Assembly (NCBI GenBank): GCA_951406725.2
Contig: OX597838.1
Coordinates: forward strand, 20,026,001 to 20,090,000
Origin: Octopus vulgaris
Lineage: Eukaryota
Length of the DNA stretch: 64,000 nt
Reading direction: 5' to 3'
Part shown: positions 1 to 11,869 of the stretch, piece by piece
Position numbering within the stretch: position 1 is the first letter of the stretch
How the letters are laid out: the number at the start of each line of letters is the position of its first letter
Program-made: the position numbers and the translations under genes
The notes under the pieces: generated by a model
Databases searched by the model: none
Told to the model about the DNA's origin: nothing
What the model saw: only the letters and a program-made list of their open reading frames with translations

Positions 1-105
1 ATGTGTTAATAACAAGATAGGAATTTTGAAAGAAGTTTTGAGACCTATTGAGTCAAGTACATCAACATCAAAATAAAAATTAAATGGAAATTGTAGTTGT
101 GATAC

Positions 106-361
106 CCGTGCTGGTGGCACGTAAAAATCACCAACCAAACGTGGCTTATGCCAGCGCCGCCTTGACTGGCTTCCGTGCCGGTGGCACGTAAAAGGCACCC
201 ACTACACTCATGGAGTGGTTGGCATTAGGAAGGGCATCCAGCTGTAGAAACTGCCAGATGAGACTGGAGCCTGGTGCAGCCTCCTGGCTTCCCAGACCCC
301 GGTCAAACTGTCCAACCCATGCTAGCATGGAAAACGAACGTTAAACGATGATGATGATGAT
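106..361 (+). mobile_element. Retroposon 3' tail ending in (GAT)n, probably RTE-LINE related; dispersed family
   Basis: GCCGGTGGCACGTAAAA...GGTTGGCATTAGGAAGGGCATCCAGC...CGTTAAACGATGATGAT; related copies at ~5155-5599, 29370-29622, 35612-36020, 54688-54916 (-), 55313-55494, 57610-57805, 60642-60879. Confidence 0.8.
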
Positions 362-594
362 TTCTATAAGACTAGTTTTTAAGCATCAAATGGCTATAGG
401 ATTCCACCAGAGCAAAATAGCAACCAAAGGGGTCCATAGGCAAAAAATGGTTGAGAACCACTGAAGACCAAGCATCTCATGCAGTTTGCTTCATTGAGAA
501 GCAGGATGTGTGATACAGGATTTATCATCAGGCAGGCTGCACTAAAAACTCAAAGTAATTTTTCATTGGGTATGTCATTTAGAAAGTCCCATGG

Positions 595-808
595 GCTGCA
601 GGTTACCCATGACTGAAGAAGACTGAACCTTCCGAAAAGAAAACAAGAAGGTTGATTGACATGCAGGGTGGAATATTGCTGTTTAGTACCAGGTCAGCTC
701 TGCTGCAGGTTACCCATGACTGAAGAAGACTGAACCTTCCGAAAAGAAAACAAGAAGGTTGATTGACATGCAGGGTGGAATATTGCTGTTTAGTACCAGG
801 TCAGCTCT
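595..808. repeat. Perfect 107 bp tandem duplication
   Basis: 595-701 is identical to 702-808 by eye. Confidence 0.9.
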
Positions 809-1284
809 AACCAAGCAGACCTTTGATCTGTAGCATTGCTGCCTTGACCACTCTGCCATTTTAGATCCATCATGCATTACATTATCTAATCTGTTTTTTC
901 ACTTTTTCTTGAAGATGGTGAACTATGATTTGAGGAAAAGTTTGGTTACTATTTCCATCAGGTTGTGAGATTTTTTGATCTTATAACCAAAACATAGAAC
1001 ATGATGCCTTTCTGTATGTTTTTTTTTTTTTTTGTGAGTTCAGCTTTTGCCACTGTGCCTGCTTCTTGACCACAGGAGCAACTTGTCTAACCAGCATGAA
1101 CAGATAGGCTTAAAATCAGCTTGGTTCGTGAGACTTCATCCAGTAGTGAATTCAAAACACTTGGACGGAATTGTTATTCTGTTACCATGGTAAAAAAATA
1201 ATTTTAAAAATTCCCTTATTAACACATTTTAATGTCCGAAGAGAAAAAATATATAGAAATTTTGGGTTAGGTTCGCAGCCAATC

Positions 1285-1600
1285 ATTGAAGACAAAGCCA
1301 TTTTGCCAAGCATCTCAATCCATCATCACCACCTTCAGTTCATGGATGGAATCCAATACTCTGTCTTTCTTCAAGTTATTGATAAATGTCAGACGATGTC
1401 TCCCAAGCTTGCTGGTACCTTGTTGTAGTTCCCAGAGCAGAAGTTTTGATGCTTTTCCCTCCTTCCTGGTGCTGTAGGCAATGATTTGATACAAGGAGAC
1501 ATTGTCCACTGGCTCCCATAGACACGCTCATTGATTATATGTTGCTGCCATTTCACATCCATGACCATTTGTAGCATCTTTGTGTGGCAGCCATCTGAAT
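1285..1600 (-). mobile_element. RTE-type LINE ORF C-terminal remnant
   Basis: DGCHTKMLQMVMDVKWQQHIINERVYG and ASKLLLWELQQGTSKLGRHRLTFINNLKKD resemble the post-RT region of RTE-clade elements; frameshifted. Confidence 0.65.
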
Positions 1601-1979
1601 GGCGCAGGAGTGACTGTGTGGTAAGTAGCTTGTTTACCAACCACATGGTTCCGGGTTCAGTCCCACTGCGTGGCACCTTGGGCAAGTGTCTTCTACTATA
1701 GCCTCGGGCTGACCAAAGCCTTGTGAGTGGATTTGGTAAACAGAAACTGAAAGAAGCCCATCGTATATATGTATATATATGTTTGTGTGTCAAGCATTGC
1801 TTGACAACCGATGCTGGTGTGTTTATTTCCCCATTACTTAGCGGTTCGGCAAAAGAGACCGATAGAATAAGTACTGGGCTTACAAAAGAATAAGTCCCGA
1901 GGTCGAGTTGCTCGATTAAAGGCGGTGCTCCAGCATGGCCGCAGTCAAATAACTGAAACAAGTAAAAGAGTAAAGAGTA
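1601..1979 (+). mobile_element. tRNA-derived CORE-type SINE (family A), full length
   Basis: A-box-like TGACTGTGTGG, B-box GGTTCAGTCCC, CORE-like ACCTTGGGCAAGTG, tail (AAAGAGT)n. Confidence 0.9.
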
Positions 1980-2101
1980 AATAGTTTCTTTGCTCGTTTG
2001 GTAAGTGTCCATGTTTTGCTGCCATATTCTTGTTCTTGTATGAAATGTTAAACTTCTGAATTTTTTATGTAAAGTAAGTTGTCTGTTGTTTTCTGTGTTA
2101 G

Positions 2102-2221
2102 GTGAACCCTCATTTTGCCATTGACCTCGTTGCTGATGACCCAGTGGTTGTTGTGGATGCCAAATCTATCTGGAGCAGTGGTGGTGGTGCTCTTGGACAC
2201 CCCAGAGTATTCATAAATTTG
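2102..2221 (+). CDS. NDUFS6: NADH:ubiquinone oxidoreductase subunit S6 (13 kDa), internal coding exon; upstream exons lie outside the window
   Basis: AG at 2100-2101, GTAAGT at 2222; 120 nt, phase 0-0; translates [40 protein letters not shown], matching the NDUFS6 signature VNxxFAIDL...[14 protein letters not shown]. Confidence 0.95.
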
Positions 2222-2435
2222 GTAAGTTTTATTTTAACGAATCTAAACCACCATCAGTATACTGTAGAATCCTGTATATAATACTTCTTTCGCTAAAATC
2301 ATAATTAAATTTTGAGGTGTGTACAATAAATGGTATTAAGCTGGAAAGTTCCACCCACCACCTGCTTTTAATAAGCCTTTGAGTGAGAATTCAAATTTCA
2401 TGGTTATTCCAGTAATGATGTTAAATATCTATTAT

Positions 2436-2741
2436 GGCTCACATGGTTAGAGAGTCAGGCTCACAATCATGAGGTAGTGAGTTCGATTCCCAGACCGGGT
2501 TGTGTGTTGTGTTTTTGAGCAAGACACTTTATTTCATGTTGCTCCAGTTCATTCAGCTGTAGAATGGAATTGTGATGTCACTGGTGCCAAGCTGTATCAG
2601 CCTTTTCCTCTTCCTAGGAGCAGGGAGATTTGTATGCATGAGCAACTGCTGGTCTTCCATAAACAACCTTGCCCAGTCTTGCGCCTCGGAGGGTAACTGT
2701 CTAGGTGCAATCCCATGGTCAGTCATGACCGAAGGGGGGTC
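2436..2741 (+). mobile_element. tRNA-derived SINE (family C variant)
   Basis: TGGCTCACATGGTTAG...AGTTCGATTCCC, then TTGAGCAAGACACTT...GTTGCTCCAGTTCATTCAGCTG; related heads at 11547, 11930, 16740, 35142, 43414, 61576 and on the - strand near 42058 and 46420. Confidence 0.75.
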
Positions 2742-3043
2742 CTCTGTCTCTTCACACAGCTGTTGTGCAATAGAATTATACGTAGTACTATAGGATAATT
2801 AATGAAGATCAGGAGAACAGAAATTTACACATCCATATTTTATTATAGTTATTTACATTGTTCTTCACTTGGACGTATGGACGTTTCAGCTGCACACTGT
2901 TAAGTGTGCATCTTGGTGCAGCTTCTTCAGATTCCATTGTTTACTGCCATTCAAAGATCATCTGAAGAAAACTATGAGACTGAAACCGTTTTTGGAAATA
3001 TATACATATGTGTGTGTATATATATATATATTCTCTTTTACTC

Positions 3044-3422
3044 TCTTTTACTTGTTTCAGTCATTTGACTGTGGCCATGCTGGAGCACCGCCTTTAGTCG
3101 AGCAAATCGACCCCAGGACTTATTCTTTGTAAGCCCAGTACTTATTCTATCGGTCTCTTTTGCCGAACCGCTAAGAGACGGGGACGTAGACACACCAGCA
3201 TCGGTTGTCAAGCAATGCTAGGGGGACAAACACAGACACACAAACACATCTATATATACATATATACGACAGGCTTCTTTCAGTTTCCGTCTACCAAATC
3301 CACTCACAAGGCATTGGTCGGCCCGGGGCTATAGCAGAAGACACTTGCCCAAGGTGCTACGCAGTGGGACTGAACCCGGAACCATGTGGTTTGTTAGCAA
3401 GCTACTTACCACACAGCCACTC
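3044..3422 (-). mobile_element. SINE family A, near full length
   Basis: Reverse complement of the 1601-1979 element; embedded in (TA)n. Confidence 0.9.
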
Positions 3423-4039
3423 ATATGTATATATATAATAAATTAATAAATAAATAAAACATGCATATATACATACATATATGTATGTACCTACCTCTAC
3501 ATGTATATATACATGCATATATGGGTACAGGACACCAAAAAAACGTCGAACACAATGAGAAACGAAAACATAAACACAAAACCAAGGAAATGGACATTTT
3601 TTTAAAACAACGAAATAATAGAGTACAGGACATACAAAACAAGGAAAATTCCCCTTCTTCAGTCGCCTTAATTTCATCTACTCCACGTTTCGAAGGTCAA
3701 GGCAAATATATATATATTCAGCCGAAATTGCAAAGATAATCTGGTACTTGACTGAGGAAAAAAAAGCTTCGAATGACCCGTCCTGCTAAGTTAGGGGGAT
3801 ATAAACAAACCAACACTGGTTGTCAAGTGGTGGAGGCAAAATACAGACACAAAGGTACACAAACACGCACGACAGGCTCCTTTCAGTTTCCTGAGGCTAC
3901 AGTGGAAGACACTTGCCCAAGGTGCCACGCAATGGGACTGAACCTGAAAACATATGGTTGGGAAGTCAGCTTCTAACCACACAGAAACTTTTTGTTATGT
4001 ACATATTGTAAATGTTTCCTCTTTGTTTTTTTTTTTCAG

Positions 4040-4165
4040 AATAAACCTCAGATAGCAATTTGTGGCTATTCTGGCCGAAGGTTTATTCAAAAGAAGTTTT
4101 ATAATGAAGCGGAACATGGACCATCTATAACCTACGAGGAGTATGTGGCTAATGCAGGCAAATAA
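4040..4165 (+). CDS. NDUFS6: NDUFS6 last coding exon
   Basis: Poly-T tract and CAG at 4037-4039; NKPQIAICGYSGRRFIQKKFYNEAEHGPSITYEEYVANAGK then TAA at 4163-4165; corresponds to the conserved DK...CGYCGxxF segment. Confidence 0.92.
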   Translation, partial: NKPQIAICGYSGRRFIQKKFYNEAEHGPSITYEEYVANAGK

Positions 4166-4256
4166 AAAAAATTAATCAAGTATTTAAATTATATTCAGAA
4201 GCAAAAGTGAAAAAAAACCTAATTTAGTTGTAGTGAAGAAAATCAAAAAAACTGTA

Positions 4257-4262
4257 AATAAA
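4257..4262 (+). promoter_or_regulatory. Candidate polyadenylation signal of NDUFS6
   Basis: AATAAA ~90 nt after the stop, followed by a T-rich tract at 4285-4310; a second AATAAA overlaps the stop (4161-4166). Confidence 0.5.
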
Positions 4263-4418
4263 TTTAAATGAATCAAATATTTCACTTGTTTTTTTCTATC
4301 CTGTTGTTGATCGGGAACTCACTTGTTCTTCTTAACCCTTTTGTGACCCCCCCTTCCATTAGCACAGTGTGTATATGTCTCATTAAATCTTGAGATTAAT
4401 CAGGATTTTGGTAGGGAT

Positions 4419-4642
4419 TTAACCCTCTTGTTACCAACCCGGCTGAAACTGGCTCTGTTGTACAAATGTCTTGTTTTCTTAAGGTTTCAATTAAAATCTT
4501 CCACCAAACCTTAGTCACAATTTATGTTCCTAATACAAGCTGAATGGTAACTAAGTTATTTTACTAAATTCTTTGTTATATTTAAAGTAATTGAAAGAAA
4601 CACAGAGCATCTCAAAATAAATACAGTAACGAAAGGGTTAAA
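4419..4642. mobile_element. piggyBac-type MITE (family P1)
   Basis: TTAA-CCCT...AAAGGG-TTAA ends; similar inverted copies at ~39438-39668 and 56264-56492. Confidence 0.75.
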
Positions 4643-4661
4643 ATGATATTTTTCATAACTC

Positions 4662-4880
4662 TAACCCTTTTAGCATTCGGATTACTCCGTCAAATGTAAT
4701 GCTTATTTATTCATATTGTTTTGAATTAGTCATGCATCATCTTACGGCTTTGAGATTTCGATGATGTGATTGCTTATATTAAGAATAACGTTGTCATGAA
4801 GGTGTGTGAGGCTGAATCTGGTCAGTTTGAACACAAAACAAGTACAATATTTGGGCCAGGTTTAAATGCGAAAGAGTTAT
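4662..4880. mobile_element. piggyBac-type MITE (family P2)
   Basis: TAACCCTTTTAGCATT...AATGCGAAAGAGTTA; copies at ~43288-43842, 43898-44090, 49965-50112, 51898-52122, 56120-56267. Confidence 0.7.
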
Positions 4881-6344
4881 TTTTCACTTGTTCCATGCTT
4901 GAATGGGTTGGGATAGAATTTATTGAAGCAGATTTTCTACGGGCAGATGCTTTTCCTATTGCCAACCTTCACTTTTTACCAAGTAAGGTAGTATTTCCCC
5001 ATGACCAGACATGTTTTCACGTAAGATTGGAAACAATGGACACCGCTTGCATTTCAATGGTACTTCTTTGCAACAAACATGCAATGTCAACACAACGAGA
5101 CAGTAGCACATATTCACACACATGTATGTTGGTGTCGTGTAAAAAAGAACAACCTGTGCCAGCACCACATAGAAAAGCACCTGTGCTGGTTCTACATAAA
5201 AAGTACACAATACACTGTAAAGTGGTTGGTGTAAGGAAGGGCATTTAGTCCTGTAGCAACCCTTACCAAAACAGATAACTGGAACCTGGCTGTTGTTGCT
5301 GCTGCTAAGTAAAAAGACGGGAAAGGGTGATTAGGTGATGGTCTAGGGCTTAGGGGCGGGAGACTCCAGACCTTGGAAAAAAAAAAAAAAAACTTTGGTT
5401 GTCTTGTAGTCGAGGGCTCTTCGTTGACGTCCGACACCACTGGGAGGTGGCCCTTGAAGTCGCTGGAAATGGAGATCTCCAGGTCTAAATTCTTGGCCGG
5501 CACTGGAACTCGGTGCAGCTGTCTGGTTTGCCAGCTCCGGTCATACCATCCAACTCATGTCAGCATGGAAAACAGACGTTAATTGATGATGATGATGATA
5601 AATGATAAAAAGGAAAGAAGAAAAACGCAAAAAAGATCAACATTACTTTTGAATAATTTTATTATTGCATTGATCTGTAATAATTGAATGATTTGGTAAA
5701 AATAAATCCTAGCAGAACTTTTTACAGTTTCAGCTATACTTGTTTGTCTGTAATGATAAAGAGGGATTTTATCAGCGTCCAGCTTATCACAATACCATGC
5801 TTACTAAAAACACATTGGGTTACATGAGACAATTTGTACTTACAATAACTACAGTTGGGTTTTTGTTTTGTTTTGTTTTTTTATACATTACACATACCAA
5901 TGGGATTAAAAAGGGAGAGGGGTAGTCAAGAGTGAGGACAAGCAAACTCCTTTTAGACCACAACCATTTACAACTTATCTACAAAGATGAATATTTACAT
6001 TATATACAAAGGATCAGCTCTACATCATATATATATACATACACACAGAAATATGTATGTATGTATGTATTGGAGTGATGGGTCTACCTTAGTATGGCCA
6101 CAACCCAATGACTGAAAGAGTATTTTACACATATACATATATATATATATATGCATGCACATACAACACTTAAGCACACGTACATACACACATTCTCACT
6201 CCTGCATACATTAGACATATAACACATATTTACACTATGTACAAAAAGTGTAGCCAGTTTATACATTTACATGTATATATAACCAGGCTGTTTTAACACT
6301 TCATAAATATTCTTTGAATGTTTGTATAATAATAATATTAATAA

Positions 6345-6567
6345 TGTTGGTTTCAAATTTTGGCACAGGGCCAGTAATTTTTGGGGTAGTGGGGTAAGTC
6401 GATTACATCGAACCCCAGTGCTCAACTGGTACTTATTTGATCGACCCCTGTAAAGGATGAAAGGCAAAGTTGACCGTGGCAGAATTTGAACTTAGAACTT
6501 GTGAAGACAAACAAAATGCAACGAAACATTTTGCTTGATATGCTAACGATTCTGCCGGCTTACTGCC
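6345..6567 (-). mobile_element. tRNA-derived SINE (family B, Meta-domain-like)
   Basis: Reverse strand carries GTTCAAATTC (B box) and CCTTTCATCCTT...GGGGTCGAT...AAGTACC; flanked by (AAT)n. Confidence 0.75.
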
Positions 6568-7389
6568 ATGTATTAGTAGTAGTAGTAGTAATAATAATAA
6601 TTCTTTCTAATTTAATAGTGATGATAAAAAATGTTGCCATTAAAGAAAAAATATTTTAAAATATTAAATATTAATATTTAAGGGAAAAAAAATCAGTTTC
6701 CAGTTCAGTGAGAAAGAAACAACCATTGAAGCAATGCAAAAAATCCCGTGAGAAAAAAAAAAAAAAAAAAATATCAGCAGTGCCAATAAAGTTTGAAACT
6801 TTGGAAGATTTTTTTTTTTAATATTATTGTCTATGTGGAATTTTTTGCTTTGCTGTCCAACAATAAATGGTGAGTGTTAGTATGTGTGTTGTGATAGGGT
6901 TTTTCTTGTTGCATAAAGGTGCAATTGCTTTTAAGAAGCTTCTAAGGGCCAAGCAAATTTTTTTTTTTTTTGGAAAATAGAAACACCACTCTGTATTTCC
7001 AGCAAAAAAAAAAAAAAAAAGAAAGAAAGAAAGAAAAAAGAAAATCATTGATTTTTATCAGGAATTTGATCTTGCAATAAGAAAAATAGAAATAAGCTAC
7101 TAAAATTCAATTAGAAAAAATAAAAGAAAGACAAAGCTGGCATTAAAAACATTCACCAGATTAGGCAGCAAGAATTACATTCCTTTAAAACCTAACACTA
7201 ATTTTTATCAAGTGATTTCGCAAAATATCTTGGATTGGGCTCGAAGGTTAATTAACACATAGAGGTTGATATTCTGAAGGAGACAAGAAAAAAATTAATA
7301 AAAAAAAAAATTCCCACTCTCTCATCAGAGAAATGGTTTAAAGCAGATAGATAAGCAGTAAACGAGGGAGATTTAATTAATTAAAATAA

Positions 7390-8350
7390 TAATTGTTTCA
7401 AGTTTTGGTACAAGGCCAGTGGTTTTGTGGGGAAGGGGTTAATTTGATTTCATTGACCCCCAGAGGGATAAAAGGCAGAGTTGACCTCGATGGAATTTGA
7501 ACTCGGGACAATTCCAAATCAGAAGAAACGATTCTATCAGCTTTCCACCTTAATAATAATAATGGTTTCAAAATTTTGGGGAGGGGGCAAGTTGATTACA
7601 TTGACCCTAGTACTCAGCTGGTACTTATTGGTATCAATTCAGAAAGGATGAAAGGCAAAGCCGACCTTGGTAGGATTTGAACTCAGAATGTAGAGCTGGA
7701 AGAAATGTCGCTTAGCATTTTGTCTGATGTCCTAATGACTCTACAAGCTTGCCACCTTAATAATAATAATAATAATTCTTTCTCCTATAGGCACAAGGCC
7801 AGCTGTTTTGAGGAGGGGATTAAGGTGACTACCTCCACCCATCCTCAGCTGGTATGTGTTTTATTGACCCTGGAGGGAGGAAAAGCAAAATTGACCTTGG
7901 AGGAATTTGAACACCAAATGTAAGGAGTTGGAAGATTTACTGACGTGCAAATCATTCTGCCAGCTCGCTGCCTTAATAATAATAATAATAATAATAATAA
8001 TATGATATGAGATCACCATGTCGCGCACATATGGTTGTGATGCATGTGCCTGGTGTACCCTTATCAGATGGGTAGTCATGATGGGTATATTGGGCTTTGT
8101 ATATTTTACCCCAGTGTCACTTTGATGGCATGCACTGCTCACTCACTCAATAATAATAATAATAATAATCCTTTCTGCTATAGGCTCAAGGCCAGAAATT
8201 TTGGGGGAGGGGACTAGTCGATTACACTGACCCCAGTGTTCCACTGGTACTTTATCGACCCCGAAAGGATGAAAGTCAAAGCCAACCTCAGTGGAAATAC
8301 CGCTAAACATTTCGTCCAGTGTGCTAACAATTCTGCCAGCTCGCTGCCTT
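7390..8350 (-). mobile_element. Cluster of four same-orientation family B SINEs separated by (AAT)n
   Basis: Copies at ~7395-7550, 7563-7758, 7775-7975 and 8170-8350. Confidence 0.75.
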
Positions 8351-8385
8351 AATAATAATACAGCAGTTACAAGAAAAAGTATTTC

Positions 8386-8439
<54 letters not shown>

Positions 8440-8445
8440 ATATAC

Positions 8446-8840
8446 TCTTTACTCTTACTCTTTAACTTGTTTCAGTCATTTGACTGCGGCCATGCTGGAG
8501 CACCGCCTTTAGTCGAGCAACTCGACTCCGGGACTTATTCTTTGTAAGCCCAGTACTTATTCTATCGGTCTCTTTTGCCGAACCGCTAAGTTACGGGGAC
8601 ATAAACACACCAGCATCGGTTGTCAAGCAATGCTAGGGGGACAAACACAGACACACACACATATATATACATATATATGACAGGCTTCTTTCAGTTTCCG
8701 TCTACCAAATCCACTCACAAGACTTTGGTCGGCCCGAGGCTATAGTAGAAGACACTTGCCCAAGGTGCCACGCAGTGGGACTGAACCCGGAACCATGTGG
8801 TTGGTAAGCAAGCTACTTACTACACAGCCACTCCTGCGCC
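8446..8840 (-). mobile_element. SINE family A, full length
   Basis: Near-identical to 3044-3422; head ends CCACTCCTGCGCC; in (TA)n. Confidence 0.9.
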
Positions 8841-9704
8841 TATATAAATATACATACACACACACATATATATTTATTATATAGTATTAATTGATATTGA
8901 GAGAGGATGTTAGATATAAATAAACACCAGATAATATCTTTTGAACACAATGTTTTGAAGTTTTATACACAATTACATATACTCCTATACAGAAATATAT
9001 ATTTACACATATGTACAAGTATGCAAATATATGGTAAACACCATATTCAAACAGAAAATATGAATAAATTAGATGAAAATTGCACTTTCATCATCATCAT
9101 CATCGGAAATATATTATAGAAATTATTATATTACAGATTGGTAATGAGGAAAAAAAGGAAACCTCAAATAATTCTGGAACTTTTATGCAATTTTATGGAA
9201 GACAAAACTTCCTGCTTCGTTATCTTTTAAGGGAGGGGTGGAATCAATTAAAAATCTTAATTCAAGCATTTAGTGTCTTCAAAACCATGGAAGATTTGTG
9301 GGCAGACAATGGCCTAAATCTGGCAACTTGTAAAAATACAGCACAAAAAAAAAAAAAATCTACATATATTTTAATAATAGTCAGATAGGACAACCTTGTA
9401 GTTGTCAGTGTGTATAATCTGTTGACTGAGCTTAATGTACACTTGCTCTGCGCATGTGTGTGTGTACAGACTTCAAAAGTAAATAGAGTCCACCCATGAT
9501 TTTACCGTTTCATTTGTGTGAGAACTACTCATTTGTATGAGGCCCAAATGGGTTAAATCATTTAAAAACTGCACAAAGCATGTCTATTAAATACTAGATT
9601 TAAGTATTTATATATATCGAAGAACATTTTATTTATTAAGATAGATATTTCATAAATGGTGTCTTTTTACTTTTGAAATGTGTATGTGTGTGTGTATATA
9701 TAAT

Positions 9705-10046
9705 CTTTTACTTGTTTCAGTCATTTGACTGCGGCCATGCTGGAGCACTGCCTTTAATCGAGCAACTCGACACCGGGACTTATTCTTTTGTAAGCCCAGT
9801 ACTTATTCTATCGGTCTCTTTTGCCGAACTGCTAAGTAACGGGGACATAAACACATGCATATATATATATATATATACATATATACGACGGGCTTCTTTC
9901 AGTTTCCGTCTACCAAATCCATTCACAAGGCTTTGGTCGGCCCGAGGCTATAGTAGAAGACACTTGCCCAACGTGCCACGCAGTGGGACTGAACCTGGAA
10001 CCATGTGGTTGGTAAACAAGCTACTTACCACACAGCCACTCCTGCG

Positions 10047-10048
<2 letters not shown>
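9705..10048 (-). mobile_element. SINE family A with internal deletion
   Basis: Same head and tail; lacks the CAGCATCGGTTGTCAAGC segment. Confidence 0.88.
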
Positions 10049-10088
<40 letters not shown>

Positions 10089-10537
10089 TGGTTAATGTTT
10101 TGCACTGCTGTAACCTTTGAAGATTAGCAACTATTTACTGTTGATATTTGTATACTTTGATACTAACAGTATGCTGTCATCATAGTAAGTTACACAAATT
10201 TCCTAACCTCCAAAGAAATTTGAGACAACAAACTCTCCATAAACCTACATTATATATTTGACAAGGATATCTTTTCTCCTCTAAATCTTTCCTTTGTCTT
10301 ATGAAAGCCACAAATGGGACTGCTATAGACATCAAGTTTTCATAATTAAAGGACATCAGATAAAACTGACTTCCTTTCATACTATCCTGAAATCATCTAT
10401 ATATATATATATATATTAGACTGAATGAGATAACAAATCCAAGGCTGTGAGGAGTTTTCAGGACATTTATAATGAAATAGTCTTAGTCTTACAGCTGTTT
10501 CTGGGATATGGATATGGATATATATATATATATATAT

Positions 10538-10566
<29 letters not shown>

Positions 10567-10568
<2 letters not shown>

Positions 10569-10731
10569 CGACAGGCTTCTTTCAGCTTCCGTCTACCAAA
10601 TCCACTCACAAGGCATTGGTTGGCCCGGGGCTATAGCAGAAGACACTTGCCCAAGATGCCACGCAGTGGGACTGAACCCGGAACCATGTGGCTGATTAGC
10701 AAGCTACTTACCACACAGCCACTCCTGCGCC
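10567..10731 (-). mobile_element. SINE family A, 5' half
   Basis: Head plus CORE only, bounded by (TA)n. Confidence 0.85.
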
Positions 10732-11506
10732 TATATATATATATATACAATATTAATGTTAGTTTTTGTTTAGTTATAAGTGACATTACATTGTCTGAGG
10801 GATTACTCCATACTTGTGTAGAATACAAGATATATACAATTTAAGTGCTTACTGAATAGGATTTGTTTCATAGTGTTATTATACAATGTTGTGAAACTGA
10901 CAATGTATTGTATGAGACTTGTTGGAAATACCTGATATTACATTCTAACAACTTCAAAAACGTGAAGGCTACATTGTACTTTTAGATATACTGTGCATGA
11001 GACAGATAGTTATAATTGGAGCACTTTTGGTCATGGGGAAGTTGTATCAGAGTTGGGCACAGGTTAAGAAGTAAACCAGCCAAATGGTGTCATGGGGTTA
11101 ACCAACTAATATCGCCCGACGTGGCACCGATTTCTCTCAGCCTGTTGATGAGGGTAGGTTCAAATCCAAGCTAAGCTAGGTGTCTAGGGTCTTCTTAATC
11201 TACACACTCTTCACACATTGACAGTTTCTGAAAACTTCTCCTGTGAGATTAATCTTATCCAGTTGTTTAAAATTTCTTTTTAAAGAATAATTCAGTTAGC
11301 AGTCAGGGAAAGACTTCCCCCAAACTGCCACGTGCTTTAAAGATATCAGGAAGGGTGAAGAAGATGAGGATGCATCCAACAGACCATGAATGTATCACAA
11401 TTACTAATTAATCTTACTATTTGTGAAAACAACAAAGTGAAAGCCTGCCAAACAATTGTTACCATCAGATTATAAGTTGAAGATCAACATTTTTTAAGCA
11501 TGCGTT

Positions 11507-11538
<32 letters not shown>

Positions 11539-11835
11539 AGAGAGAGGATGCATGACTTAGTGGTTAGGGCGTTGCACTCACAATTGGGAGATCGTAGTTT
11601 CAATTCCTAAACCAGGCGGTGTGTTGTGTTCTTGAGCAAAACACCGCATCTCATGCTCTGCAGTTGCTTTAACACCTGATGCATGGTACACTGTGCACCT
11701 GTACAGGTAATGTCGATTTGATGGAGGGAGTGAGCTAATGTATGGCACATACATTTGATTGCTATAAACAAATCATTTCTGCAGGTCACTCGACAAAAGC
11801 TGAACACTCATACTTCATCTTCGATGGGACAGTCC

Positions 11836-11869
<34 letters not shown>

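Noticed and set aside
1389-2012. 207 aa ORF and similar ORFs at 9673-10095, 10536-10844 and 31896-32249 (FDCGHAGA, RLPNPLTR, PGTMWLV)
   Set aside because: Antisense translations of SINE family A; the recurrence reflects the repeat, not a gene family.
2174-2179. Restoration of NDUFS6 Cys by A-to-I editing
   Set aside because: AGC/AGT edit to Gly and TCT has no A; only TAY codons can be edited to Cys.
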